From: the human T2T-CHM13v2.0 reference genome, Homo sapiens
Length of the DNA: 64,000 nucleotides
Strand: one strand, 5' to 3'
Assembly: GCF_009914755.1 (NCBI RefSeq)
Contig: NC_060926.1
Position numbers and translations under genes: made by a program. The notes beneath the pieces are model-generated. The model was given only the letters and a program-made list of their open reading frames with translations. It searched no databases and was not told where the DNA came from. This document shows positions 41,963-53,700 of this stretch, piece after piece (position 1 is the first letter of the stretch; each line of letters starts with the position of its first letter).

Positions 41963-42917
41963 AGGCTTTCAACTTTTATTATTATTTCCAACTTTACTTA
42001 CATTACGAAACTACTATCCTTAATGTATTTTAAGTTTGTTTTATATTTTGTATTTTTTTAATTACCTTTTTCTGTACTCTAGGAAATTCTTATTGATTTT
42101 ACAGCTCACTATTTTACTTCTCATCTTTCTTCAGTAAGCTAGGTAGTAAATCGATTTAAATATTTCTTAATAACAATTTCTGCATCATAACATTTTATTC
42201 TTGATTTGATTGCTTTCACTTCTTCACTCTATAGCAGACATTAAATTGATTTTTTAAAGTTCTTTTCAGATTGTTCTACTTCACTGTATGTCCTGAGTTA
42301 TAATTCTTTATTTTGTTCAGCTTGGGTTTCCCTTTCACTGTGTTGCATTTCCTTTAGTACTTTGGGATTCTTGGTTGCAAGGTTATCTTCCCACATATAT
42401 CACTTTCATATCTAGAGAACATAGTTATTTCACAGGTGTTCAGGTTTGTTCTTTCATAACACAAGGCTTCCAAAGCACGCTTTGCATGAATCACCCACCA
42501 TTGGGTTCTTATCCCATCTGGAAAATTCATTTCTGGACTTATTTAATCAAATGCATGATACAAATCTACATCTGCTTCACACATAAGAGATCCTACTTGA
42601 GTTTCCAGCAAACAAATTTTATCCTTGTCCTTCATTGTGAAACTTTTATGAATGCTTCATAAAAACAATAACAACAATCAATCAAAGGTTCTGTTGCATT
42701 GGCCCTCAGTCCCTTGATGTTGATGACCAGAATGTTTAATAAATATAGTGCTTTATTTCTAGTCTATGGGAAAGTTTTTCCATCTGTTATCACTGTTACT
42801 AATTCTAAAATTTTCTACTTCTAATTTTAGTGCATTCATGATTAGAAAGATAGGTGGTCTTTTTGAAATTATGACAAACACAGTAGAAAATACTGAGCTA
42901 AATAAGTGCTTCCTTGG

Positions 42918-43275
42918 TGATGTCATTTGGCTGTGTCCCCACCCAAATCTCATCTTGGATTGTAGTTCCCACAATTCCCATGTGTTGTGGGAGGGACCTG
43001 GTGGTAGGTAATTGAATCATGGGGGTGGGTCTTTCCCATGCTATTCTCCTGATAGTGAGTAAGTCTCATAAGATCTGATGGTTTTATAAAGGGGAGTTTC
43101 CCTGCAGAAGTTCTTTTCTCTTGTCTGCCACCATGTGAGATGTGACTTTCACCTTCCACCATGATTGTGAGTCCTACCCAGCCACTTGGAACTGTGAGTT
43201 ATTAAACCTCTTTCTTTTGTAAATTGACCAGCCTTGGGTATGTCTTTATCAGCAGTGTGAAAATGGACTAATACG
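42918..43275 (+). mobile_element. THE1B-like MaLR solo LTR with TSD CTTGG
   Basis: TTTGGCTGTGTCCCCACCCAAATCTCATCTTG ... AAAATGGACTAATACG, with CTTGG at 42913-42917 and 43276-43280. Confidence 0.93.
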
Positions 43276-44248
43276 CTTGGTGAATAGTCAAATCAAGTGT
43301 TAGGTTAAATGAAGTCAAATCAAAAGATGTACACATATCACATCTCCTTGTGTTATTATAGGCCTTTCTTGATTATTAAGTTCTCATTGATGCTCTGGAT
43401 TGCTGAATATACAGGATAAGTGACCTTCAGATAAGAAAGATGTTACTGCTTTATTTTCTCTTCATAGGACACTTGAGACATGATTAAGCCATGAATGAAA
43501 GGTCAACATAGTTTCTACTGTAAAAATAAAATGCTGGCATATTTTCATTTTCATTTTTATTCCCATAATATTGAATGAAGATTGTTTATAAGACACATAC
43601 ACACATGCACACACATACACAATTTATGTTATTCTAGGTTCTGAACTTCAGCCGAGACACATTGGCTGAAATCCTCCTTAGCTTACTCAAATATTGGCTG
43701 AGACGATAATTTGTCCTCATTTGTTCAGTAGTAATTCAATCATAATTTTGCAAATTTGTCATTAAAAATCTATTTGTAAAGGTATTTAATGGCTATAAGA
43801 ATAGTTAAGGATCAGCTCAACCACTTCATTTTAGTCACCTCTTTACTGAATCAATTTCAGATGATGCAAGGACCTTGAGGCCTAGTAATGAATGCTTAAG
43901 TAAGGACTGTGAGCACATTTAGTCCTTAAAGTGAAGAAATATTACCACTTAGTTACACTTAAATCAGAAAAAAAACCCATGAATAAAGATTAACTATCTT
44001 TTACTTTTTCACCATTTGTGAGCAGTAATAGTTAGCTATTATTACATCACTCTTTGCTAAGATGCTTACAATTCCTTTATACTTATAAATCAATGTAATG
44101 TAAGTTGGACTTTAGAAGTAAATAACGTCTCTGGTTAAAATGAAATACAGAGTGTGTTGTTCAACAGAGGAGTCCACAGAAAGGGAAACTCTAAGTGGTA
44201 AAAGGAGCTTTTCAATTGGTTTCCTTCCATCCTTTTCCCCTTGCTTGG

Positions 44249-44756
44249 TCTATTAGTTTTTTTGGGCTGCAGTAATAAACTACTACAAAGTTGGTGGCTT
44301 GAAAAATAGGATTCGAGTCTCTCACAATTCAGGAAGCCAGAAGTCCGAAATCAAGGAGTCAGCAGGGTTGGTTGCTTCTGTCATAATTCCACTCCATCAA
44401 AATGTTACCATTTTACCATAAGACTTTTTGCTATTCAGGCTCTGAGGGAAAAACTGTCCCATGCCTCTCTCCTAGCTTCCGGTGTTTGTCCACAGTCCTT
44501 GAAATTCCTTGGCTTATAGATACATCACTCCAGTCTCTGTCTACATTTTCATATCACTGTCTATTCCATGTCTTTTGTGTCCTTTCTGTCTTAAAATGGC
44601 ACTTAGGTTGAGTTCTGAGCCAACTCTAATTCGGTACGATTTTATCTTGATGCTTATAATTACATTTACAAAGACCAAATTTCCAAATAAAATCACATTC
44701 TGGGGTTATGAGTAGACAAAAATTTTGGGATGACACAAAATTTAACTGACTATACA
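44249..44756 (-). mobile_element. MLT1B/C-like MaLR LTR
   Basis: CAGAAGTCCGAAATCAAGG..CAGCAGGGTTGG, CCATGCCTCTCTCCTAGCTTC, TTTCCAAATAAAATCACATTCTG. Confidence 0.82.
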
Positions 44757-45224
44757 TGAGATTTTTCTTTCACTGTTATCACCAACACTGGACCCATATT
44801 TTCTGTTTGTGTGTATGTGTGTGAATCCAGCCTCACTCTTTTAGTACAACTCTGCCTCCTTGGCTATAGCTGATTGGCTGAGTTTAAAACCTAAGTAGTC
44901 TATGACAATAAGCACCCCTCAACTGGGAACTTAAAATTGAATTAAGAAATCCCAACTCTATTGTAATGAAGGAGTTGTAAATAAGAGCTTTGAGTGATCA
45001 CTTTCAGCCGTGTGGACCAAATTAAAAAATAGTTGGCACACAGAGAGAGAAGAATGATGCCAAGAATAACAAGAAGGCAAAAGCCAGAGAGGGAAGAAGA
45101 ATTTCCCTTTCTTGTTCTGATTTTCAGTCTCTAATACATTGTTTAGGTCTTATAATCAACCTCCCAAAACCATCTTTTGCTCTTGAAAGTGAAGTTTCTT
45201 ACTTGATCCTGAATAGATCTAAAC

Positions 45225-45521
<297 letters not shown>

Positions 45522-46132
45522 TTGGTCTAATATTTCATGGAATCCTAGTATAAATATTGACAAATATTATATATGTGAAGCATATGCCTGTGGCCAGCTA
45601 GGGAGAAAGTGAAGTTAAGTGAAACTTAAAGGAAGATGCAAACCGAGAATTTAGTCTAAGCCTCTCAGACCAGTGACATCTCATTCTAGAAATGTGATTT
45701 GCTTGGTGTTTGGAAGGTTCTCTTCTTTTTTCATTTTCTTTATATATCTCATTCTTTGTGATATACACACACAAGTTAGCCCACAGACTGCTAGCAGAGC
45801 TCCAGAAAGGTGAGTATTTATCTGTTTGATATAACATTAAAAATATTTACAAATACAAATACTATGAAAATTATGCTGAACATAATGGGAGGAATTGTTA
45901 ATATTTTATGAATCCTCAAATATGTAGAATGACTCACAATCATTACAACATATCTATAATTCAACAGCTGACTAATTACAAGATTCTATTAATATCATGA
46001 AACAGTATGGAGAATCACATGTATGCCAGGCTTCAACATATGAAGCTTACAGGATATAGTAAAGACAAAATTGGAAATCTTAGGGAATGTGGCAGTGGCC
46101 AAATTATGGAACATAAAAAACTACCTTCAAAA

Positions 46133-46372
46133 ATAATGGTTAAGATTTATTGAACACTCAGTATGTGCCTGATACCATCGTACAAATTTCTGTTTTAATT
46201 CATTTAGTCTTTAAAATAACCCATATAAGATGATTATATGTTATTCTCATTTCTTGATGAGAAAACTAAGGCATCAAATGGTTAAGTGAATCATTGATAT
46301 CATAAAACTGGGAAGTAGTGGGAAAAATATTACAGCCTAGTCAGTATCTCTCCCAAGCCTGAGTATATAACT
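46133..46372 (-). mobile_element. MIR SINE
   Basis: TTTATTGAACACTCAGTATGTGCC and core GATGAGAAAACTAAGGCA..GGTTAAGTGA. Confidence 0.75.
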
Positions 46373-46899
46373 GTTCTAATGATCTTACATATCTGATAAG
46401 GAGTATTGGAATTTCCAGTTTACTCTAGCTGATAAGTCTTCCCAGAGTCTTACCATTTAAACTTAGTCTTTAAGTAAGGAATTTATTAAGATTAAAAATT
46501 TGAGTAGGTGCAGGCTGGAAGGAAGGAAAAACAGGTGTAAAGGCACAAATAGTGAACAATAGGGGGCATATTTTTCAATAAGAAGAAAATGGGGAAGAAG
46601 ATTTAAGCTCACTAATGAGACCAATATGGACAAAACTGATGGTAAACACCAATAACTGTAAGCTATGTTTTAAAAATGTTTTATTTATTTGTATTTCCAC
46701 TGCATTCATAGTATTTTAATATTTTTACTTTTAGTGTCAGTTTAGTTTAATTTCTATTTTTAATTTAGCAATCCTTACTTTAACAGTTAGCTATAAAATG
46801 AACCCAAAAAGCAATGCATGAATTCAACATACTTGTATTCTCCTATTGGACATGCTTAGTAGAAAGAGAGTTCTAATATTTAAAAATGTATTTAGTGTT

Positions 46900-47230
46900 T
46901 ATATTTTAATTATAATGCATTTCAAGTAAAGAATATTATGCATTATCTTTTTACACTACAAAAACTTTTCCACATGAATACACCCGTATAAGCAGCACCC
47001 ACATCATGAAATAGAGCACTACCAGCCTTTCCAAAAGCCCCTCTGAGTACTCTCTCAGTCACTACATTCCCAAAGGTGTTTCCCGACTTCTTAAACCATA
47101 AATTTGTTGTGCATATTTTTGTACTTTATATAACTGGAATCATACATTATGTACTCTGTGTGGTTTCTTCCACTCAACCTTGTGTCTGTGAGATTAGTCT
47201 ATGTTGTTGACTATAGTATTGATCACTTTT
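46900..47230 (-). mobile_element. L1ME-like 3' end fragment
   Basis: ACTTTATATAACTGGAATCATACATTATGTACTCTG and TCTTCCACTCAAC..TGTGAGATT. Confidence 0.7.
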
Positions 47231-48364
47231 AATTTATGATAGTCCTTCACTTAACATTTTTAGCAATTTAAATCAATTTATTTTAAAATTTCTGTCAATC
47301 TATTTTATAAAATTTATTTTATCAGGAGTGGGTACATTTTTGGCTATTGATTGGGTTAACTTGACAAGCATTATATTTTTCGTGTATTTTTGAATTTTGT
47401 GTTTTAGGGTTATTATGAGAGAGGTTTTCTAAGTTTCTTCCACTTTCCTTTCTTGGTAGGGTGGTAGTGACCTTAATTTCCTCAGATCTTCAGGCCTCCA
47501 ATCCCAAACCAAGTCTCCCCATAATATTTTTGTACTCCTACTCACCTGTTCAATTGGTTGTTTTTATTTTCCTAAAAGGATTGTTTCACAACCTTCCTTA
47601 CCTAAAGAATGTAGCTGTTAAAATTTGCATTTTTATTGCTAAATACTTTTGGCCTAAGTTAATGCTATTGTTTTTCAGACGTGGGACATTTTATAAAGCT
47701 AAACATGAACTCCAAATAGATTCAGTAATCAAGTAAAATTAAAACATAAAAATAAATTTTGTTCAATTCTGATTCCTTGGTATTATCTTGATAAAAGGGT
47801 ATAGATAAGTTATAACAAGTAAATAATACCTTGTGCTTCAATTTGTCCATATTACTTTAGTGACTAGGAAATCATTGCCAGAAGTGCTAAAAAAAAAAAA
47901 TAAACTTAGGGCAGAGTGTATTCCTGCAGAATTTATTTCTAGGATTATAGAGCCAAGAGTTTAAATACCAAGCACTAAGTTGAATAGCTCTTTGACCTCT
48001 TGTAAGGACAACCCCATCATTTTCCCCCATCTCCATGAATACAAATAATTTTAACTCTAGGGAGGCTGTCTTTCTCAATTCGCAAAACAAACGAGGCTCG
48101 AAAATGATCCATTCTAACTCAGCGCAGACAAAAATGACTCTCTGAACCTCAAGAGATCTGACTCAAAACACAGGTAATTTTCCACCTGGCTAAGAGGAGC
48201 TTTCTGACTCAGTGGTTCATCTTGAAGCTGATTTCTTCCAGGAGTGAAACATAAAACATGTGGTTGGTTACTAGGGTGGAGCAGGCGTCAGAGCAGGCCC
48301 TGAATTACCAGGATTCATTTTCTTTGGTGGAATTGTTTTGAGAGAAATGCTTACCACATCTTTT

Positions 48365-48475
48365 GCCTCCATATCATCAGTATTTTAATTTTTAGAGGAT
48401 TTGTAATGAATGGAAATCTTAGCCTCCCTATCATCAGTATTTTAATTATTAGAGGATTCGTAATGAATGGAAATC
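48365..48475. repeat. Tandem duplication, 57-bp period, ~2 copies
   Basis: GCCTCC(A/C)TATCATCAGTATTTTAATT(T/A)TTAGAGGATT(T/C)GTAATGAATGGAAATC at 48365 and 48422. Confidence 0.95.
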
Positions 48476-48929
48476 ATGGTAAGATTTCCTATGAACCCAG
48501 CATTTTTGGGTTATTATTTACATAATACCTCTAGCATAGAAACTTATTTTACACTTAAACATCTTATAAGAAGCCAAATGTGTACTTGCAATTTTATGTT
48601 TCAAAACAATTTTGTTCAGTAGCAGCCAATCTCACACACACAGGATTTAGTCATCCATGTTCTCACAGAGGCTAGTGCCAAGAACAGTGCTTGCCACTGA
48701 TCAATTTGAAATTGGAAATACAGTCATACAGTGGTAGTGGCTGTGGGCATTAGAAAGTTTTGAAGACTGAAGAATTTAGTAGAGCTTTTCAATATGAATT
48801 TTTTTAGCATGCAACCGAGATCAAAATTATAGTAGACTCATTCAGACACAAAGAGACAATAGGAGGAAAAAGAAAAAGTTACCATCTTCCCATAGTCAGA
48901 TGTATCTGTGTAGCTACCACTCAAGCAAC

Positions 48930-49775
48930 CCAGATACAAGATATCCACAGCCAATTTCTTTTTTCCATTTCAAACATGCTCTTCACCTATGTTTCTGATG
49001 TCTAATTGAATTATCATGCACCATTCACCAAATAAACTATCAGAGTAGTATTGTTTTCCCTTTTTGTACCTTCCCTATAAACCATCTTCGGCACAATTTA
49101 ATTTTGAAGTTTCTCTCAAATTTATCTCTTTTCCCTCTATTTTTACTACTGTGCTCTCAGATAAGATTATATCCTTTCAGGCAACCAAATGTCTCAGTCT
49201 CCGAGATGGCCTCTCTTTTCTAGTTCATTGTCTGCACTATTATCAGAGGTGTTATTCTATTTGATAATGTAAAATTTCAATGAATTCTCCATGTCTATGG
49301 AATACAACACTCTTCTCAGCACATGTATAATCTTTCAACACATATTCTAAGTTCCCCAGAAGCCCTGTATATTAAACCATCCCAAATTAGTATATAATTT
49401 TTTGAATTTTCCATAGTTTTCTATATTTATATTTTGACGTTTCTCCTATTTTTGCATAGAAATTTTTTCTTTGCATCTTATAGATTAGCTCCTGCCCAGT
49501 AAAACTTCCTAGCTTCTAGTATTTTTGATATATCTCTATTATAACTGTATTTTATATTTATATGTCTCTATTATAACTATAATACAGTATTATAACTGTA
49601 TTATTCTGTATTTATTTGTAGGTTTACTTTTCTATTGCTCCCCACTACATTGTGACCTACTTAATAACTATCTTTTTTTAATACTGTTATTTTTCCTTTG
49701 ATTTTCCTACTTTCAGAATTCTAGTAGAGCCTCTGGCAAATTATTGGTGTTAACATACATTTAACTGAAGAAATA
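48930..49775 (+). mobile_element. Degraded L2
   Basis: Pyrimidine-rich L2-like tracts and CACTACATTGTGACCTAC; ends ACATTTAACTGAAGAAAT. Confidence 0.45.
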
Positions 49776-50105
49776 ATAACTTAGGTAGACAGGGGAAAAA
49801 AACAAAGATAAAGAAAAATTGTCATGTTAATATAATTTAAATGCTGAGTGGATTACAGTCTAGTTAATTATTAGATGGTTAAGGACAAACAATTCTAGGA
49901 TATTGGTGATTCCATTTCATATAACCACATAATATTCTATATTTATGACAACTCATCTTTGTCAATTACCTTTTCCTATGTGTTAAAAGATGGAGAGATG
50001 ACCGTAAATTGGTGCCACTCATTTGGACAAGGCTACAAAAAAGATATAAAAAGGTAATTGTTAGCATCTTTCTATCTTTTAACTTTTCCATGTCTCTAAA
50101 GAATT

Positions 50106-50583
50106 TGTATTTGTCAAGATTTTCAGAGAAACAGAACCAGTAGAGGAGAGAGGGAGAGAAGGAGAGAGAGAGGCTTATTAAAAGGAATTGGCTTATGTAA
50201 TTACGGAAGCTGAGAAGTCTCATGATCTGCAGGACCCCAAAAAGCCAGGGGTATCATTCAGTCTGAGTCCAAATGTCTGAGATCCAGGGGAGCCACTGGT
50301 GTAAATACTAATCCAAGGGCCAGAGAACTTGTGGTGAGATATCCCAGCTCGAGCATGCAGACAGGAAGCAAAAGGGGCAAATTCCTCCTTCCTCCAACTT
50401 TTGTTCTATCCAGGTTCTCAGTGGATGATGCACACCCACATTAGAAGGAGCAATCTACATTGCTGAGTTCATTGATTCAAATGCTAATCTTGTTCTGAAA
50501 TATCCTCAAAGACACACGCAGACATGACACTTAATTGGGCCCCATGTGCCTGGTCAAATTGACACATAAAATTAATCGTTACA
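50106..50583 (-). mobile_element. MLT2B-like ERVL solo LTR with TSD GAATT
   Basis: CAGAGAAACAGAACCAGTAG, (GA)n, TTGACACATAAAATTAATCGTTACA, with GAATT at 50101-50105 and 50584-50588. Confidence 0.9.
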
Positions 50584-50708
50584 GAATTTAAGGGAGAAAT
50601 TGCCCAGTAATTTAATTTAGAAGGTTAATATTGTGTATATTTAAATAAAAATGCTGCTCAACTATACTTACCATGTTCCCTTTGCATCAAGGTCAAAAAA
50701 GACCTTGA

Positions 50709-53700
50709 GGCAGTGACGTCACCAAGATAAGATAGCAGAGTAAAGCCTTCAGCCCCCGCCCCCCTCACTCACAAATATAGACAACCATTCAGAAAATAAA
50801 ATAGCCCTGAGAAGGCTTAAGAGCCCATCAGATTATCTGCAGCAACACAGTGGGGCAAAAAAAAAAAAAAAAATGGAGAATATCAACATAGAAAAATCAC
50901 TGATGAGACTGACATACTTGAGATACCAAGAGATGGCTAGGAACAAAGAAGAAAGTCAGGGACTAAAAATATCAGCTATGATTCCCAGCAGCCTTCACCA
51001 CAGAAGACACAGAGGACACTAGCTTTCTTTTCCAAGAAGCAATCGACAGCCATTTCTGCCAAGGAACCCCAGAGAAAGAGACAAGGCTAAATACTCCTCC
51101 CTCCCCAAGAAGCAGCCGCTATTGAGACGCCTACACTCCAGACCCAAGAGTGTCAGAAACGCCTGCACTCCAGACCCAACAACTGTGTATGCACTGTGCC
51201 TGCCCTGTGCCTGCCTTTGTTTAAGATACCAGAGCCAACATCTTAGAAGACTAGGCCCCACCCAAAGCCTAAAGCCCCTATAACTCTCTGCATGTCTATG
51301 CTCCCATTCATGGCCCTTTGCTGCCTCAAGCACCTTGCATACTGTCACCAATGGCACTATTACCCAGATGCCTGTACTCTGGGCAACAGTGTCATTATCA
51401 CCCTGTACCCCAGAGCCAAAGTCCTTCCACAGGTGCCTGTGCTTTAGACCTCAGCACCATGGCTGCTTCACAGGTGCCACTCGTCAAACATTGGTGCCAC
51501 CACCACTGTGAGTCCACAAGCGAGACCCAGCACCAGGAGGAATCCCCTTAATTACAACTTCCATGGTGGAAGACAATGAGATTGGAGGGACCATAGCACC
51601 CATCACCAAAGACCTCAACAACATTCACTACCACTATAGACATCCACAGCATTGGCCATTGAGGATCCTAGCAATCTTTGTCAACACTGACCTCAACTGA
51701 CAGAGCTGTATCTTTGCTGGTGCCAGAACCACTGGACCCCAGCCAGCACGTGCCCTCAGAGCCCCCATAGAGAAAGTCTTTCCACAGAAAAACTGGTCTT
51801 TAAAGTCTAAAAGAGAGGTGACTTCTTCACCAAATGGACAGGCTTCAAAGTAGGGCAACAAGAAATGTGAAAAAAAAAGTGACATAACACCACCAAAAGA
51901 ACACACTGATTTCCTAGGAGCTAATTCCAAATAAACAGAGATATGCAAACTGTCAAGAATTCAAAATTATTGTTTTAGGAAGCTCAGCAAACTTCAGAAA
52001 AAAAAATTCAACAAACTCAGAAAAACAATATATAAACAACATTAGATATTTAATAGACTGATAAAATTCATTTTTATAAAATTAAAATTCTGAAACTGAA
52101 AAATACAATGAAATTAGAAACAGAATATAGGGTATCTACAGCAGAATGCATCAAGCAGAAGAAAGAATCTGCTGATGTGAAAACACTGAAATGCAGAGGC
52201 AAAAAGAGGAAAAAAATAAAAGAAATGAAAAAAAAAGTTTATGGAACACCATAAAAAGAACAAATATTCAAATTATAGGTGTTAAAGAAAAAGAAGACAA
52301 AAGCAAGAGGCCAGAAAGATTATTTAAATAAACAATAGCATAAAATTTTCAAATCTGGAGGAATATATAAATATCCTGATACAAGAAGGTCAAAGGTCGT
52401 TAATCAAATTTAATCTAAATAGGATTACTGGACAGGTTATTACATCACACTGTCAAAAATCAAAGCCTAAGAGAAAATCTTGAAAGCAGCAAGAGAAAAG
52501 AAGGAAATCACATATAAGGAAATTCCAACAAAGATAATAGTGAACTTCATACAAGGAAATTCCAATAAAGATAACAGTGAAGCAAATCGCATATGAGGAA
52601 ATTCCAATAAAGATAACAGTGAACTTCATATAAGGAAATTCCAATAAATATAACAATGAAGCAAATCGCATATGAGGAAATTCCAATAAAGATAACAGTG
52701 AACTTCATATAAGGAAATTCCAATAAATATAACAATGAAGCAAATCACATATAAGGAAATTCCAGTAAAGATAACAGTGAAGATATCTTACAGGCCAACA
52801 GGAAAAAAGGTGACATATTTAAAATGAAGGAAAATACCACAGCAAACCACTAGAGATGATTATCTAACAACAAAGGAAGACAAGAGAGGAAAGAAGAACA
52901 AAGGATCTACAAAGCAAACAGAAAACAAATATAAAAAACAACAGTAGTAAATCCTTTCTATCAATAATTACCATGAATGTAAATGGATTAAATTCTCAAA
53001 TATAAAGACATAGAGTGGCTGAATAGATAAATAAACAAGACCCAACTATATGCTGCCTATAAGTGATTCAATTTACCTTTAAGGACACACACAGATTGAA
53101 AATAAAGGTTTGTACAGAGATATTTCATGTAAATGGAAACCAAAAGAGAGCAAAGGTAGTTTTATACTTAGATAAAATCGACTTTACATCAAAAACTGTA
53201 AAATTAGATAAAAAGGATAATTATATAATTATAATGAAATCAATCCATCAAGAATATATAACAACTGGAAATCTATATGCACCTGATATCAGAGGACCTA
53301 ACAACGTAAGCCAAATATTAATAGATCTGAAAGAAGAGCTAAACTGCAGTATAATATTAGTAGGCAACTTCAACAATCCACTTTCAACAATAGTCAGATT
53401 ATTGAGAGAGAAAATCAGAAAGGAAACTGTGGACTTGAGCTACACTTTGGCCCAAGTAGACCTAACAGACATATACAGAACATTCCATTCAAGAGCAGTA
53501 GAATACTCTCTGCAAGTGCTGACAGAACATTATTCAGGATAGATCATATGTTAGGCCACAAAGCAAGCCTTTCTAAATTCAGATGAATGAGATGATACCA
53601 AGTATTTTTTTTCCAACCACAATGGTATGAACTAGAAATGAAAATAGAGTGAATTCAAGAAAATTCACTAATGTGTGGAAATTACACCACGTGCTCATAA

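Noticed and set aside
43648-43671. Small hairpin TTCAGCCGA-GACACA-TTGGCTGAA
   Set aside because: It is too short for a pre-miRNA and has no other ncRNA features.
52500-52781. CRISPR-like look of regularly spaced ~34-bp repeats
   Set aside because: The spacers are 3 and 8 nt and recur rather than being unique. The repeat is L1 ORF1 sequence, no cas genes are present, and the DNA is primate.
53063-53542. 159-aa endonuclease ORF as a functional protein
   Set aside because: It is a fragment of L1 ORF2p with an upstream stop and downstream frameshifts.
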